64,000 nucleotides of DNA, taken from Gemmatimonadaceae bacterium. Its GTDB lineage: Bacteria > Gemmatimonadota > Gemmatimonadetes > Gemmatimonadales > Gemmatimonadaceae. Shown one piece after another: positions 10,602 through 19,438 of the stretch. The stretch lies in contig DATBNQ010000055.1 of the NCBI GenBank assembly GCA_036554185.1, forward strand, positions 7,987 through 71,986, in the 5' to 3' direction. Every line of letters starts with the position of its first letter. Positions within the stretch are counted from its first letter, which is position 1. Both the position numbers and the translations under genes were made by a program. The notes under the pieces were generated by a model, which searched no databases, had not been told where the DNA came from, and saw only the letters and a list, made by a program, of their open reading frames with translations.

Positions 10602-11929
10602 AGGTTCTGATAGTCGGCGGTGGCGCGAGAGAGCACGCGATCGCCTGGAAACTGCTGCAGGATGATCCGACACTCGATCTGCTCGCCGCACCCGGCAATC
10701 CAGGCATAGGTACGCTCGCGCGTTGTGTTGCGATCGACGCAGACGACGTTTCGGGGCTCCTCGAACTGGCACGCACGGAAGGAGTGGGTCTCACCGTAGT
10801 CGGCCCCGAAGCACCGCTCGATGCCGGGATAGTGGATCTCTTTCGAGCCAATCGGCTGCCTATTTTCGGGCCGACGAAGGGCGCGGCGCGCATCGAGACG
10901 TCGAAACGCTTCGCGAAGGACCTGATGGTCCACGCCGGCGTCCCGACGGCGCACGCAAGTCACCACACCTCGGTCGAGACTGCGTTGAGTGCGGCGCATG
11001 CGATCGGCGCTCCGGTTGTCATCAAGGCTTCCGGACTCGCCGCGGGCAAGGGCGTGGTGATCGCGTCGACAATGGCCGAGGCCGAGCGCGCGATCAGGGA
11101 GATGCTCGAACGCCGGACATTCGGAGACGCCGGCAACGAGGTTCTCGTCGAGGAGTTCATGGAGGGCGAAGAAATTTCCGTCTTCGCAATCTGCGACGGC
11201 GAACACTCGCGACTCATGGCCGGTGCTCAGGATCACAAGCGACTGGAGGACGGAGATCTTGGCCCGAACACCGGCGGTATGGGCGCGTATTCTCCCGTCT
11301 CGCTCGATACGCCGACTTTGCAGGAATTCGTCAAGGTGCGAATTGTGGATCGCGTCCTTGCAGCATTGAGGGACGAGGGTCATCCGTTCACAGGCCTGCT
11401 CTACGCAGGCCTGATGCTCACATCACGCGGGCCGATGGTGGTCGAGTTCAACTGCCGGTTTGGTGACCCTGAAACCCAGGCGCTGTTGCCGCTCATGGCG
11501 AGTTCGTTGCTCGAACCGATTCTCACCGTTGCGCGGGGTGAATCGCTGATGAACACACCGGAATTCGAGTGGCGCGCCGAGTCCTGCGTCACGACGGTGC
11601 TCGCCGCCGCCGGATATCCGTCGCATGTGCGAAAGGGCGATCCGATCTCGTTTCCGCCACCTGAGGACGGCGTATACGTTTTTCACGCCGGAACCCGTCG
11701 TACCGATGACGCCGATAACGATGAGTCAGGCGATCCGCGCGTGGCGACGAACGGTGGTCGCGTGCTATCCGTCAGTGCCGTGGCACCCACTCTCCACGCC
11801 GCTGCCGCGATGAGTCGCCACTACGCGGAACGCATCACCTTCGCCGGAAAGCAGATGCGTCACGATATCGGATGGCGCGAGCTGTACAGAGGCCTCCGCA
11901 ATAGCGACGACACCGGCCGCGATGCCTGA
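10598..11929 (+). CDS. purD: phosphoribosylamine--glycine ligase
   Basis: MKVLIVGGGAREHAIAWKL N-terminus and ATP-grasp core (GLAAGKGV, EEFMEGEE). GTG start overlaps the upstream TGA (GTGA). Confidence 0.95.
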   Translation: MKVLIVGGGAREHAIAWKLLQDDPTLDLLAAPGNPGIGTLARCVAIDADDVSGLLELARTEGVGLTVVGPEAPLDAGIVDLFRANRLPIFGPTKGAARIETSKRFAKDLMVHAGVPTAHASHHTSVETALSAAHAIGAPVVIKASGLAAGKGVVIASTMAEAERAIREMLERRTFGDAGNEVLVEEFMEGEEISVFAICDGEHSRLMAGAQDHKRLEDGDLGPNTGGMGAYSPVSLDTPTLQEFVKVRIVDRVLAALRDEGHPFTGLLYAGLMLTSRGPMVVEFNCRFGDPETQALLPLMASSLLEPILTVARGESLMNTPEFEWRAESCVTTVLAAAGYPSHVRKGDPISFPPPEDGVYVFHAGTRRTDDADNDESGDPRVATNGGRVLSVSAVAPTLHAAAAMSRHYAERITFAGKQMRHDIGWRELYRGLRNSDDTGRDA

Positions 11930-12752
11930 GCTACCGGAGGTCGAGACGATCGCTCGCGGCGTCAACACCGCCGTTGCCGGCCGCACAATCGAGGCAGTTG
12001 GTGTGCCGCGACCCGATGTGTTGCGCGAGGCTACCGCACGTACGTTCGCCAAGCGGATCCGTGGGACCCGAATCACCGAGTCACGACGACGCGCCAAACA
12101 TATCGTGATCTCACTGGATAGCGGCGACTCGCTCGTGGTTCAGCCGCGCTTTACAGGCGCCCTCCTGGCAACACGAGCCAGCAACCTCACGGACTACGAC
12201 CGTACCTACATCGCCGTGCTTCTCGGACTCGACTCCGGCTACGTCCTCGCGTACCGCGACGTACGGCGCCTCGGCACCGTTTCCCTGATGGACCCTGAGA
12301 GGCTGGAGGAGTACTTTGGCGAGCTGGGCGACGAGCCGCTGGAAGAGGGATTTACCGGCGATCGTCTTTCGGATATTCTTCGGGCGTCACGCCAGCCCGT
12401 AAAGAAGGTCATCATGGATCAGTACAAGGTTGTCGGCGTCGGCAACATCTACGCAAACGAAGCTCTGTGGCGCGCCGGCATCGATCCCTCGCGAGCATCC
12501 GATAGGATAACGCCAGACGAGGCCTCTGATCTGCGTGACGCGATTGTGGCCGTGCTGAAGGACGCCATAGCGTCCGGAGGATCGAGCATCCGCGACTTTC
12601 GCAACGCGACAGGCGAAGCCGGAGAATACAGTCGGTTCCTGTCCGCGTACGGCCGCGGCGGTGAGCCCTGCCAACGTTGCGGCGCGCGGCTGGTCGAAAC
12701 GCACGCGATCGACGGTCGGCAGACTGTCCTCTGCGCACACTGTCAGAGCTGA
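11922..12752 (+). CDS. mutM: formamidopyrimidine-DNA glycosylase
   Basis: MPELPEVETI N-terminus (catalytic Pro2, Glu3), H2TH region, C-terminal zinc finger CQRCG...CAHCQ. Confidence 0.95.
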   Translation: MPELPEVETIARGVNTAVAGRTIEAVGVPRPDVLREATARTFAKRIRGTRITESRRRAKHIVISLDSGDSLVVQPRFTGALLATRASNLTDYDRTYIAVLLGLDSGYVLAYRDVRRLGTVSLMDPERLEEYFGELGDEPLEEGFTGDRLSDILRASRQPVKKVIMDQYKVVGVGNIYANEALWRAGIDPSRASDRITPDEASDLRDAIVAVLKDAIASGGSSIRDFRNATGEAGEYSRFLSAYGRGGEPCQRCGARLVETHAIDGRQTVLCAHCQS

Positions 12753-12763
12753 ACGGACCAAGG

Positions 12764-13864
12764 GTGCCAAAGTCCCGCGCGTACACGTTCAAGGAACCAA
12801 CGAGCGACGAACAGCTTGCGACAATGCGCGCGTTGGTTCGCGAAACAGCCCGTAATGAGCCGGGCGTTTATCGCATGATTGCGGACACTGGGGAAATAGT
12901 CTACGTCGGGAAATCGAAGCAGATCCGATCGCGTCTGATGAGCTACTTCCGCGCCTCATATCCCGAAGACAAGGGAGCACGCATCCTGCGCGAGGCTGTC
13001 CGCGTTGAATGGGATTACGAACCCAGCGAGTTCGCGGCGCTGCTGCGAGAGTTGAGACTGATCAAGCAATACCGCCCCCGCTTCAACGTGGCGATGAAGC
13101 GCGACGCGCGGCACTATTCATTTATCAAGATCTCGCACGGCTCCGCGCCGCGGCTCAACGTTGTGCGTGGCGCTGGACCCGATGATGCGGCCATATACTA
13201 CGGCCCTTTCGTGGGCGCGCAGCGGGTTTCGGAGGCCGTCCGCGAACTGAACGACGTGCTCGGACTTCGTGACTGTCGCGCCGACCTGCCTATGTTCTTC
13301 TCGGACCAGCACGAGCTGTTTCAGATCGGGCGGACACCTGGCTGCATCCGATTCGAGATCAGGAAATGCCTCGGACCCTGTGTGGGAGGATGCACAGTCG
13401 CGGACTATGACCGACAACTTGCCCTCGCTCGAGCCTTCCTCGACGGCTCCAGTGCCGGTCCGGCCGACACGCTGCGACGGCAGATGGAAGCGGCAAGCGA
13501 TGCACTTGATTTCGAGCGTGCCACGATCTTCCGTGACAAGCTCGCACGCCTCGAGACGCTGCGGGAACAGTTCGATAGGCTGCGATTCGCAGTCGAGTCG
13601 CTATCGTTCGTCTACAACGTATCGGGCTCCGATGGGCGCGATCGGACGTACGTGATACGTCGTGGTGTTGTGCGCGCGGAGCTGGACACTCCGACCACTC
13701 GCCGCGCCCGCGCAGCGATGCGCCGACTTGTAGACGACATATTCGGCGATGATACACCGCCGAGCTCGTCCATCCCAACTCATGAGATAGACGAGCTGCT
13801 CCTGCTGTCGGCCTGGTTCCGGAAATTTCCTGAGGAAATGCAACGCGCAAGGCGTCTGGCCTGA
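12764..13864 (+). CDS. GIY-YIG excinuclease, short UvrC homolog (Cho-like)
   Basis: GIY-YIG motifs (GVYRMIADTGEIVYVGKSKQIRSRL ... EFAALLRELRLIKQYRPRFN) and a UVR-like helix (FERATIFRDKLARLETL). About 366 aa from the GTG at 12764, so it lacks the UvrC C-terminal endonuclease/HhH half. The longer ORF start at 12677 would overlap mutM. Confidence 0.8.
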   Translation: MPKSRAYTFKEPTSDEQLATMRALVRETARNEPGVYRMIADTGEIVYVGKSKQIRSRLMSYFRASYPEDKGARILREAVRVEWDYEPSEFAALLRELRLIKQYRPRFNVAMKRDARHYSFIKISHGSAPRLNVVRGAGPDDAAIYYGPFVGAQRVSEAVRELNDVLGLRDCRADLPMFFSDQHELFQIGRTPGCIRFEIRKCLGPCVGGCTVADYDRQLALARAFLDGSSAGPADTLRRQMEAASDALDFERATIFRDKLARLETLREQFDRLRFAVESLSFVYNVSGSDGRDRTYVIRRGVVRAELDTPTTRRARAAMRRLVDDIFGDDTPPSSSIPTHEIDELLLLSAWFRKFPEEMQRARRLA

Positions 13865-13903
13865 GGCCCGACAATCGGCGGCGCCTTGCCTCGGCGCAAA
13901 CTC

Positions 13904-14107
13904 CTACTTATGCGTGCCGTCGTCGAGAAGCTTTTCGGTCGCGCGAGGATCCGGCTCACCCGTCGTGGCATCGAGGACTGCCTCTGTAGAATCCGGCGAA
14001 TCCATCCCGCGGCCAACCGTGCGGTCGCCGAACTTCTCGGTTCTCTTCTCCGCAGAGGTCTCGGCACGGCCCCCGGTGCGGGACTTGCTATTATCGCGGT
14101 CGGTCAT
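13904..14107 (-). CDS. small hydrophilic, probably disordered protein (67 aa)
   Basis: GGAGA lies 6 nt upstream of the ATG (MTDRDNSKSR...). Codons are GC3-rich. It fills the gap between the two flanking genes once the downstream ORF start is corrected. No family recognised. Confidence 0.5.
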   Translation of the reverse strand: MTDRDNSKSRTGGRAETSAEKRTEKFGDRTVGRGMDSPDSTEAVLDATTGEPDPRATEKLLDDGTHK

Positions 14108-14240
14108 CTGCATTCTCCATGAAGTTCAGGACGTATCAATGGAACATGGAAGTGCATTCATCGTGCCTGACCGAACTGCAACGGAGAGCTTTCTGAGACT
14201 GAGTGTAGCACCGAACTCGACGCCGCCACGCCGGAAACAC

Positions 14241-15677
14241 GTGACCGCCCCTCGACGCGAACTGCTGAGTGCGTCGCTTCTCGTAGCTGCCCTCCTCTCG
14301 CTTTCACAGGGGTGCCGCTCGGATCGACCGGTAGTCTCCAGCGCGCCACGTCTGGATTCCCTGCCCACCCCGCCGCCTCTCGCACTCTCCCGATTCAATA
14401 TCCCGCTGACGTACGACTACACTCCCATACTGGATATGGTAGAGCGAGTGGTTCCGAGAAAGTTCGGGTCGATCGACAGTGTTCAAATGGTGGGCAACGA
14501 CGAGAATCGCCACTATGCCTACGAAGCGCGTCGTGGCGCGTTCACTACATTCGTTCGCGACAATCAGGTCCACCTTCGCGCGACGCTGACCTACGCAGCG
14601 CGTGGCTACTTCAAGCCGCGATTCGGCCCCACAATCAGTGCTGGTTGCGGCGGCGACACACCTGCCGAGCGACCCCGTGTTACCGTGGAGCTCGTTACGC
14701 CGCTCACCATTACTCCGGACTGGCACCTCTCGTCACACGCGCGCATCGCCGCGCTTGGCCCCGCGTCGAATACCGACCGCGATCGGTGCACCGTCGGTGT
14801 GATCAACTACGACGTGACCGAGCGGGTAGTCAACGCGGCCCGCTCCGCTCTCACCAGTCATCTCCCTGACATCGACCGCAAGATTTCCAGTGTCGATCTG
14901 ACTGATCGCTTTAACGGATGGTGGACGCTTCTCAACCGTCCCATCCGGCTCGCCGATCGTGTGTGGCTTCTACTCGGACCGGAACGCTTACGACTGGGAA
15001 ACGTGCGGGCAGGTGATAGCGGGAGCGATCTGGTTGTTGATGCCGGCCTGGACGCTCATCCACGCATTATTACCGGACCCGAACCACACGACTCCATTCC
15101 GCCGCTCCCGCCGCTCGGGCGCGACACCGCCTCAGGCGGCTTCCACGTAGTCCTCGAAGGGACGATCGATTATGCAACCGCATCCAGATCTGTGGCAGAA
15201 GCGTTGAATGGCAAGTCCATTACCGAAGCGGGGCGAACAGTCACCGTCCGAGCTGCAACCGTGACCCCACTGCCCCGCGGCCAGCTTGCGCTCGCAATCG
15301 CGTTCACTGGCGATGCGCAAGGCACTCTCGTCTTCGTCGGGACCCCGCGGTTTGACCGACGCACGGGCGAACTTACGGTTCCCAATCTCGACTACGACCT
15401 CACAACCGACAGCGATCTGATCAATGCCTATGCCTGGCTCAAATCGGATGCGCTTCGCGCGCTATTCCGCGACAAGGCGCGCATACCGGTGCAGCCATTG
15501 CTCGACACCGGCAAGACACTGCTGAGCAACGGCCTGAACCGAAAACTCGGTGACGCCGTTACGCTGTCGGCCACGGTCGATTCGGTCGATGTGGCGGGGA
15601 TCTTCGTCACTGCACCGGGTATGGTCGTCCGCGCAGTCGCAACCGGCCATGCCGGAATGGATGTGCGTCAGGAGTAA
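14241..15677 (+). CDS. lipoprotein, DUF4403-like
   Basis: A GTG at 14241 gives a classic lipoprotein signal (TAPRRELLSASLLVAALLSLSQGC). An alternative ATG lies at 14139. The ORF-track start at 13914 runs antisense through the small gene above. The DUF4403 call is from memory of that family (FNIPLTYDY...). Confidence 0.7.
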   Translation: MTAPRRELLSASLLVAALLSLSQGCRSDRPVVSSAPRLDSLPTPPPLALSRFNIPLTYDYTPILDMVERVVPRKFGSIDSVQMVGNDENRHYAYEARRGAFTTFVRDNQVHLRATLTYAARGYFKPRFGPTISAGCGGDTPAERPRVTVELVTPLTITPDWHLSSHARIAALGPASNTDRDRCTVGVINYDVTERVVNAARSALTSHLPDIDRKISSVDLTDRFNGWWTLLNRPIRLADRVWLLLGPERLRLGNVRAGDSGSDLVVDAGLDAHPRIITGPEPHDSIPPLPPLGRDTASGGFHVVLEGTIDYATASRSVAEALNGKSITEAGRTVTVRAATVTPLPRGQLALAIAFTGDAQGTLVFVGTPRFDRRTGELTVPNLDYDLTTDSDLINAYAWLKSDALRALFRDKARIPVQPLLDTGKTLLSNGLNRKLGDAVTLSATVDSVDVAGIFVTAPGMVVRAVATGHAGMDVRQE

Positions 15678-15737
15678 GCCCGAAATCGCATAACTCGCAC
15701 TCACGCCATAGAAAGCGGGACCGCGACTGGCACGGGA

Positions 15738-16490
15738 CTACGAGTGCTTCTCCCCCACGTGTATCGCGACAACACCAAACGTGTACGAGCGCCAGCGGAC
15801 GTTGTCGAATCCGGCATCACGCATCCGCTGCGCGAGATCGGGCTCCGTCGGAAAATGTGCAACCGACTTCGGTAGATAATTGTAGGCACTGTGGTGTCGC
15901 GCCACCGCGTTGCCGATAAGCGGACACAGGTGATTGAAATACAATCGATAGATCCAGCCGACGAGGGGATTCTGTGTCGCCCCAAACTCCAGGATCACGA
16001 ATCGAGCACCGGGCCGAAGCACTCGATGAACCTCGCGCAGCGCAGCATTCAGATCGACAACATTTCGTATGCCAAATACGACGATCGCACCCGCCGCAAA
16101 ATCATTTGTGAATGGTAGATCCAGCGCATCGGCGGTGACGGGGCGAACTACCGCTGGCGAGACCTTCTTAAGGCCCGCGCGCAACATCGGCTCTGCAAAG
16201 TCGGCCGCCACGACCGTGCCGCGAAAATCCTTGCGAGCCGCAATCTGCGATGCAATGTCGAGTGTTCCGGCACACAGATCCAGATACGTTGCAGCAGGAT
16301 CGTGACCGATATTCAGCTCGCGAATCGCCTTCCCACGCCACCACTGGTCCAGGCGGAAGCTGATGATCCGGTTTACCCTATCGTAATGCGGAGCTATGTC
16401 CGAGAACATCTGCTTCACGTATCCGCGTTTCACCGCCGCACCCGTAGCTGCGGCATCCGCGGTCGCGCGTTCTGCGTCTAGCACTGTCAT
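15738..16490 (-). CDS. ubiE: demethylmenaquinone / ubiquinone biosynthesis C-methyltransferase
   Basis: UbiE/MenG signature (FSDIAPHYDRVNRIISFRLDQWWR) and SAM motif I (LDLCAGTLD). Confidence 0.9.
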   Translation of the reverse strand: MTVLDAERATADAAATGAAVKRGYVKQMFSDIAPHYDRVNRIISFRLDQWWRGKAIRELNIGHDPAATYLDLCAGTLDIASQIAARKDFRGTVVAADFAEPMLRAGLKKVSPAVVRPVTADALDLPFTNDFAAGAIVVFGIRNVVDLNAALREVHRVLRPGARFVILEFGATQNPLVGWIYRLYFNHLCPLIGNAVARHHSAYNYLPKSVAHFPTEPDLAQRMRDAGFDNVRWRSYTFGVVAIHVGEKHS

Positions 16491-16565
16491 GGCTGGAAAG
16501 CTGACCGAGGGTTGCTAGCCGGGCAAGCGCGATTGCGGTGAGCGGCGTTTGCGCAACCGCAGTGG

Positions 16566-17447
16566 CTATGCACCAGTCGCCACGCTCGGCGTCGACGAAT
16601 CGGTGACGAACGCATTTTTTACCTGCTCTGCCAACTGCGTCAACGCCCTCGCCGCACCCGACTCCGGCTCCGCGTCAACTATCGGTCGTCCGGAATCCCC
16701 TCCTTCCAGAACGCGAGGATACAGCGGGATCTCAGCCAACAGAGGAAGATTCAGGGAGTCTGCGAGCTTGCGACCGCCCCCCGAACCAAACAATGCCGTC
16801 GGCTTCCCGCAGTGCGGGCACTCGAAGTACGACATGTTCTCGACGATTCCGAGTATCGGAACTCCGACACGTTCGAACATCTTCGCACCACGCAACGCGT
16901 CACCAGTAGAAACGTCCTGCGGCGTCGTCACAATCAACGCACCGTGCACCTGCGTCGCCTGCACCAGCGATAGCTGTGCGTCGCCCGTGCCGGGAGGCAT
17001 GTCGACTATCAGATAGTCCAGCTTCCCCCATGCAACGTCACGAAGGAACTGGTTGATCACCTTCATGATGATCGGTCCGCGCCAGATCGCCGGTTGATCC
17101 GGCGCGACAAGGAAGCCGAGCGAAACGACACGCACCCCAAAAGCCTCGTGCGGGACCATGCGATCGTGATTGTCGAGTCGGGGCGGGCCATCCAGTCCAA
17201 GCATGCGCGGAATGTTCGGTCCGTAAATATCAGCGTCCATGATACCGACTCGCGCGCCAGCTTTCGCCAATGCGACCGCAAGATTCACCGCAACCGTCGA
17301 CTTCCCAACCCCGCCCTTGCCACTCGAAACTGCAATGAGATTGCCCAGATTCGGATACGCCACCGGAGTCGGTGGCGCCACAGACTTCGGGGTCGGCTTC
17401 TGATCCATTACCGGAAGCGCGCGGCCCCGGGGAGTGTCATCTATCAT
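16566..17447 (-). CDS. Mrp/ApbC/NBP35-family Fe-S cluster carrier ATPase
   Basis: Deviant Walker [11 protein letters not shown] and the conserved CPHCG cluster-binding motif. Confidence 0.92.
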   Translation of the reverse strand: MIDDTPRGRALPVMDQKPTPKSVAPPTPVAYPNLGNLIAVSSGKGGVGKSTVAVNLAVALAKAGARVGIMDADIYGPNIPRMLGLDGPPRLDNHDRMVPHEAFGVRVVSLGFLVAPDQPAIWRGPIIMKVINQFLRDVAWGKLDYLIVDMPPGTGDAQLSLVQATQVHGALIVTTPQDVSTGDALRGAKMFERVGVPILGIVENMSYFECPHCGKPTALFGSGGGRKLADSLNLPLLAEIPLYPRVLEGGDSGRPIVDAEPESGAARALTQLAEQVKNAFVTDSSTPSVATGA

Positions 17448-17497
17448 GCTCGCAATTTAAGACCCCATTCACGCGAAGGCCGGACCCTTTGGGATTC

Positions 17498-17526
17498 GTC
17501 ATTCCCGCGAAACCGGGAATCCATGG
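17498..17526. repeat. REP-like hairpin element, copy A
   Basis: GTCATTCCCGCGAAACCGGGAATCCATGG: stem ATTCCCG/CGGGAAT around a CGAAAC loop. 26 of 29 nt are identical to the copy at 49249-49277. Followed by a repeated ATCCATGG (17519-17526 and 17545-17552). Confidence 0.7.
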
Positions 17527-17624
17527 ACGATGATTACGGGACAGATCCATGGTGGCTGGCGCTCGAAATCCTTCGGGCCGGAGTTCTAGTTTCAGCTAAA
17601 GCGCGAATATTCTTCATACTGCCC

Positions 17625-17681
17625 TTGACGAGATATATCTCCGATATATCTTAGAGTCACCGATATATCATACGATATATC
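17625..17681 (+). promoter_or_regulatory. putative promoter plus four palindromic GATATATC boxes (candidate PadR operator array)
   Basis: The self-complementary 8-mer GATATATC occurs at 17632-17639, 17643-17650, 17662-17669 and 17674-17681, spaced 11, 19 and 12 nt. The first box extends to the 12-nt palindrome GAGATATATCTC. TTGACG (17625-17630) lies 16 nt before TATCTT (17647-17652). This AT-rich patch sits directly upstream of the PadR gene. Confidence 0.55.
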
Positions 17682-17711
17682 TAACTTTCTATACTTAGCG
17701 AGGCTCGCCAC

Positions 17712-18293
17712 ATGTCTGGATTCGATTGCGGCACCGGCTGGATGCGCCGGGGAATGTGGAAGGGAAATTGGGGGTTCGACGGCGCCCCGTTCTGGGGCGG
17801 CGGTCCATGGCGGCCGCGCGGCGGCGGCCCACGCGCTGCGCGCGTTTTCGATCAGGGTGATCTCAAGTACGTCATCCTCCAACTGCTGGTCGAGAAGCCG
17901 CGGCACGGCTACGAGATCATCAAGGCTATCGAGGAGCGGTTCGGGGGCGCGTACTCACCCAGCCCGGGAACCGTCTATCCAACACTCACGATGCTCGAAG
18001 ACATGGGCTACGCGCGTGTTACCCCGGAGGAGAGCGGCAAGAAGGTCTACGAAATCACCGACGAGGGACGCAAGTACCTCGAAGACAATCGCTCGGCCGT
18101 AGACGACATCTTCTCGCGAATCACCGAGTTCGCGCAAAGCATCTTCGGAGAGCCGATGATGCAGGTCCACCGCGCAATGAAGGACGTCGGGCGCGCAGTC
18201 TACGTTCAGAACGCGAAGAGAACTCCGGAACAGCTGAAGCGAATCTCGGATATTCTGACGCGCGCTGCGTCTGAGATTGGGACAATCGTGTAG
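17712..18293 (+). CDS. PadR-family transcriptional regulator with Gly/Trp/Arg-rich N-terminal extension
   Basis: PadR winged-helix core (LLVEKPRHGYEIIKAIEERFGGAYSPSPGTVYPTLTMLEDMGY) preceded by about 45 aa of GWG/RG-rich sequence. Confidence 0.88.
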   Translation: MSGFDCGTGWMRRGMWKGNWGFDGAPFWGGGPWRPRGGGPRAARVFDQGDLKYVILQLLVEKPRHGYEIIKAIEERFGGAYSPSPGTVYPTLTMLEDMGYARVTPEESGKKVYEITDEGRKYLEDNRSAVDDIFSRITEFAQSIFGEPMMQVHRAMKDVGRAVYVQNAKRTPEQLKRISDILTRAASEIGTIV

Positions 18294-18329
18294 CAACTTG
18301 CAACACGAACGCAGACATTCCTGAAAGAA

Positions 18330-18362
18330 GTCGGGCCCGTGCTCAAGGAGTACGGGCCCGAC
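18330..18362. terminator. bidirectional stem-loop between convergent genes
   Basis: Perfect 11-bp stem GTCGGGCCCGT / ACGGGCCCGAC with an 11-nt loop, located between the PadR stop and the DHH phosphoesterase stop. Confidence 0.6.
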
Positions 18363-18367
18363 GTCGT

Positions 18368-19438
18368 TTACTGTTGCACAGGCTTCAGATAACTTCGTGC
18401 AGCGGCTATCACGCGCTTCTCGACATCCTCGAGACTCCCTTCCACCAGCGCCCCCGCGGCCTTCACATGACCACCGCCACCGAACTGGTGCGCAAATTCG
18501 TTTGCGTCGGCCCCGTGAGCGGTACGGAATGAAATCTTCACTCGATTGTGTCCCAGGTCCCGAAAGAAAATTGCCATTCGCGTTCCCGCGACTGAGCGCG
18601 CGTGCTCCGCGATCCCTTCAAGGTCTTCCGGCCGGACATTGTGTTTCTCAGGGGCGCCAGCAGCAACCGAAAGCCACGTCAAGCCGTGCCCAGCGTCCAC
18701 TTCGAGTGTGCCGAGCGCGTCGCGCAACAGGGTAAGACGACCGACTGGCATTGACGCGTAGATGCGCTGATACATCGCCTCAGGATCGACGCCCGCTGCC
18801 AGCAACTGGCCCGCAACCGCGTGACAGCGCGGAGTCGTGTTGCTGTACCTGAAGCCACCCGTGTCGGTAACGATCGCGACATAAAGCGAGTTTGCGACCG
18901 CGGCTGTTATCTCGAAACCAAGCACGCTCGCGACGTCATAGACCAATTCGCCCGTGGCGCATGCGGCGGTATCCGAAAGTATTTCGTTGCTCGGTGGGTC
19001 ATCACTCGGCACATGATGATCGATCACGAGCTTCGGAACGGTCATGCCCCGGACGACCTCCGCCAGCTTCCCAAGTCTGCCAAGGTCCGCAATATCGAGC
19101 ACGACGATAACATCGGCTCCTTTCATCACTTCCGCGCCGCCATCCGCCACTTCGACCATGCGCACGTCGTCGCCGAGGAGAAAGCGAAACATCTCCGGCC
19201 ATGGGGTCGGATTCACGATTGACACAGTCATCCCCCGCTGCGCCAGCATGCGCGCGAGCGCGGTCTCGGAACCGCAACCGTCACCGTCCGAGTTGATGTG
19301 GGTTGATAAAACGATCGAGCGTCCCGCGCGCAGTTCGCGCGCGAGACGCTCGATTGCCGCCCGACGCTCGGCCGGTACGGCTAGAAGATCACGCACCAAT
19401 CTTTTCGGACCGCCCGAGCTTGGAATGACTCTTTCCAT
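18368..19438 (-). CDS. DHH/DHHA1 phosphoesterase (NrnA-like oligoribonuclease / pAp phosphatase)
   Basis: DHH motifs (HINSDGDGCGSE, VIDHH) and DHHA1 GGGHVKAAG. The ATG at 19438 overlaps the upstream permease by 50 nt. A GTG at 19396, just after that gene's stop, is an alternative start. Confidence 0.85.
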   Translation of the reverse strand: MERVIPSSGGPKRLVRDLLAVPAERRAAIERLARELRAGRSIVLSTHINSDGDGCGSETALARMLAQRGMTVSIVNPTPWPEMFRFLLGDDVRMVEVADGGAEVMKGADVIVVLDIADLGRLGKLAEVVRGMTVPKLVIDHHVPSDDPPSNEILSDTAACATGELVYDVASVLGFEITAAVANSLYVAIVTDTGGFRYSNTTPRCHAVAGQLLAAGVDPEAMYQRIYASMPVGRLTLLRDALGTLEVDAGHGLTWLSVAAGAPEKHNVRPEDLEGIAEHARSVAGTRMAIFFRDLGHNRVKISFRTAHGADANEFAHQFGGGGHVKAAGALVEGSLEDVEKRVIAAARSYLKPVQQ

